64,000 nt of DNA from Negaprion brevirostris (taxonomy: Eukaryota), in contig JARDVH010000121.1 of NCBI GenBank assembly GCA_030324005.1, positions 46,733,416 through 46,797,415 of the forward strand. The letters are read 5' to 3'. The translations under genes were made by a program, and so were the position numbers. The notes under the pieces were generated by a model that was not told the DNA's origin, made no database searches, and saw nothing but the letters and a program-made list of their open reading frames with translations. This document shows, piece after piece, positions 61,034-64,000 of the stretch. The stretch's first letter is position 1; each line of letters opens with the position of its first letter.

Positions 61034-61883
61034 AGAGGATGGAGTAAAAACAACACCCAGGATCAGCTTTTGCTGGTGAGGATTTGATCCTGGATATCTC
61101 TGAATTATTTGGAAGTAACTATTCTCTGTTAAGTATGAGACACTATCATATTTTGCCCTGATTCCACCCCTTCCTGACCTTACCATGATCCAATTCACAA
61201 CAAGAATTTCTTTGATGGGGGAGGAATGGCATGTTTCCTGCTAGCGAACAGGAGGAGCATGAGAGAATGGGAAGAAAAGAGTGAGGCAGAATCTCACTAG
61301 ATGTTACCACCTCGTCTCCACCAACTCTTTAATAAATATCCAGGAAACACATGTCTGATGAAACGTAAGTCAGAAAACATGCATTACACGAAGAGACAGT
61401 AGGGAAGTTCTGCCATCGGGGTATGTGATATTTTCATATCCAGTCATCTGCCTCTATTACTGTTTGTGGCAACTTCACTTATCTTCTATGGCACAGGGAA
61501 TCTGTAACATCAGCTGCAGGTCCAACGGTGTGCTGAATCCCACCACTGAATAACATGCCACAGGAGTTGAGAGAATTTCACCTTACATACTCACTTGGGC
61601 AACATTAATTAGTGGGTTCAATGGTATACAAAATTTAAGACACGTAAAAAAAATTATGTGGAAAATAAATAATGAACAAAACTTGTAGTCCACCAATGAT
61701 GTTACAATGTATAAGGAGGCTGATAAATACTTAACAAAAAAAGTTAACCTACAAAACAAACAGTAGCATAAAACTGTAAATCTTTGGCCAGGTCATACCT
61801 TGAAAGTTATATCCATTTTGATTACTGACACACACAAGAAACATTCAAATTCAATCATTGTAGGAGAGTCATGAAGTTATTAA

Positions 61884-63568
61884 TTGGTCCTAGAAAAGTC
61901 TGGGAAAGGATGTGTAGGTAGCTTGACTCATGTTGAGATCAAAAAGGAGGAGGTATTGGGGTTCTTGAGAAACATTAAGGTAGACAAGTCTCCAGGGCCT
62001 GATGGGATATACCGCAGAATACTGAGAGAGACAAGGGAGGAAATTGCTGGGGCCTTGAGAGAAATCTTTGTAGCCTCACTAGCTACAGGGGAGGTCCCAG
62101 AGGATTGGAGAATAGCCAGTGTTGTTCCCTGGTTTAAGAAAAGTAGCAAGAATAATCCAGATAATTACTGGCCGATGAGCCTTACATCAGTGATAGGGAA
62201 ATTATTGGAGAGGATTCTTCGAGACAGGATTTGTTCCCACTTGGAAATAAGTGGACGTATTAGTGAGAGGCAACATTATTTTGTGAAGGTGAGGTCGTGT
62301 CTCACGAACTTGATTGAGTTTTTTGAGGAAGTGACGAAGACGATTGAGTGTAGGGCAGTGGATGTTGTTTATGTGGACTTCAGTAAGGTCTTTGACAAGG
62401 TCCCTCATGGCAGACTGATGCAGAAGGTGAAGTCGCATCAGATCAGAGGTGAGCTGGCAAGGTGGATACAAAACTGGCTTGGTCAAAGAAGATAGAGGGT
62501 AGCAGTGGAAGGATATGTTTCTGAATGGAGGGCTGTGACAAGTGGCATCCCTCAAGGATCAGTGCTGGGACCTTTACTGTTTGTAATATATACACATATT
62601 TATATATATAAATAAAAGTGATTTGGAGGAAAACATAACTGGTTTGATTAGTAAGTTTGCAGACAACACATGTTGGTGGATTTGCGGATAGCGACGAGGA
62701 CCAGAGGATACAACAGGATATAGGTCATTTGGAGACTTGGGTGGGGAGATGGCAGATGGAGTTTAATCCGGACAAATGTGAGGTAATGCATTTTGGAAGG
62801 TCTAATACAGATAGGAAATATACAGTAAATGGAAGGACCCTTAAGAGTATTGATAGGCAAAGGGATCTGGGTGTACAAGTCACTGAAAGTGGCAAAGCAG
62901 GTGGAGAAGATAATCAAGAAGGCATATGACATGCTTGCCTTTGTTGGCCGGCGTATTGAGATTAAGATTTGCCAAGTCATGTTGACGCTTTATAGGACCT
63001 TAGGTGAGGCCGCACTTGGAATATAGTGTTCAATTCTGGTTGTCACACAACCAGAAGGATGTGGAAACTTTGGGGAGGGCACAGAAAAGATTTACCAGGA
63101 TATTGCCTGGTATGGCAGGCATTAGCTATGAGGGGAGATTGGAGAAACTTGGTTTGTTCTCACTGGAACGACAGAGGTTGAGGGGAGACCTGATAGAAGT
63201 CTATGAGATTGAGGGGCATGGACAGAGTGTACAGTCAGAAGCTTTTTCCCAGGGTGGAAGAGTCAATTACTAGGGGACATAGGTTTAAGGTGCAAGGGAC
63301 AAGTTTTAAAAGAGATGTATGAGGCAGTTTTTTTTTTGCATAGAGTGGTGGGTGCCTGGAACTCGTTGCTGGGGAAGGTAGTGGAAGCGGATATGCACGT
63401 GACTTTTAAGGAGTGTCTTGACAAATACATGAATGAGATGGGAACAGAGGGATGTGGTCCCCAGAAGTGTAAGGGGGTTTTAGTTAAGACGGGCAGCATG
63501 GTCTATGCAGGCTTAAGAGTGCCAAAGGGCCTAGTCCTGTGCTGTAATTTTCTTTGTTGTTTGTTCTC
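61884..63568 (+). mobile_element. 5'-truncated CR1 LINE (best preserved copy in the window; RT pseudogene)
   Basis: [99 protein letters not shown], with stops and frameshifts. Ends in a CTGTGCTGTAATTTTCTTTGTT tail. Confidence 0.93.
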
Positions 63569-63589
63569 AACATTGAAGGGTATTTGACT

Positions 63590-64000
63590 TTACAAAAAGA
63601 TGGAAGCAAGAAAAAGTGGGTTAACGCTATTAAGGATGTAACTAGTACCGCTGTCAGAGATTACCCTAGTTCAAAAGAGCAAGATTAAGATGGGATTAGG
63701 AAAAGAAAGCAATAAAGAAATAGAAAGATAATAAGTCACTTGTGGGAGCAGTTTACGAGCCACTAACAGTAACTATGCCACAAGACAGTATATAGGAAGT
63801 AACAGAATGTACATGAGAAAGGTATTGTAATAATCATGGATGACTTTAATCTATCCGTAGATTCACCCAAAGGTAGCCAGGAATATGAATCCATTGCGTA
63901 TAGGTGGAACAATATCTTAGAACAGCATGTTCTAAAGCTAATTAGGGAGCAGGCTAAGGAAGTAACAAAATGAAAGAAACATTGTACAAATCTACAGAGT
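63590..64000 (+). mobile_element. CR1 endonuclease-domain fragment
   Basis: TLQKRWK...GGLTLLRM-like start, VGAVY, IVIIMDDFNL and LEQHVLKLIRE remnants. Confidence 0.6.

Noticed and set aside
61884-62495. 203-aa RT ORF as a possible domesticated gene
   Set aside because: It ends at a premature stop and the rest of the element has frameshifts. It is an ordinary 5'-truncated CR1.

Overview
AT-rich, repeat-dense vertebrate genomic DNA with many N gaps. The repeat content (HE1-like V-SINEs, SacSINE1-like DeuSINEs, abundant CR1/L2/RTE LINEs) points to a cartilaginous fish (shark). Only one protein-coding gene is well supported: a PLAG-family C2H2 zinc-finger gene on the minus strand, best read as PLAGL2. 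It has two coding exons (33738-33479 and 17203-15958) that give a 501-aa protein, a ~16.3 kb intron between them, and a long, nearly repeat-free 3' region. The first exon and promoter were not found in the window. Most of the other recognisable sequence is decayed retroelement: CR1, L2, RTE, a Gmr1-like Gypsy gag/pro relic, Penelope-like termini, SINEs and a MITE. I found no convincing new multi-gene system. The best leads are a rearranged U2-snRNA-derived element (~60834-61033), a PLAGL2 with an intact PLAG1-like first finger, a let-7 8mer inside the CDS, two locus-specific inverted duplications, and one SINE head joined to two different tails. Family and orthologue comparisons come from recalled sequences, not searches, and repeat boundaries are approximate.
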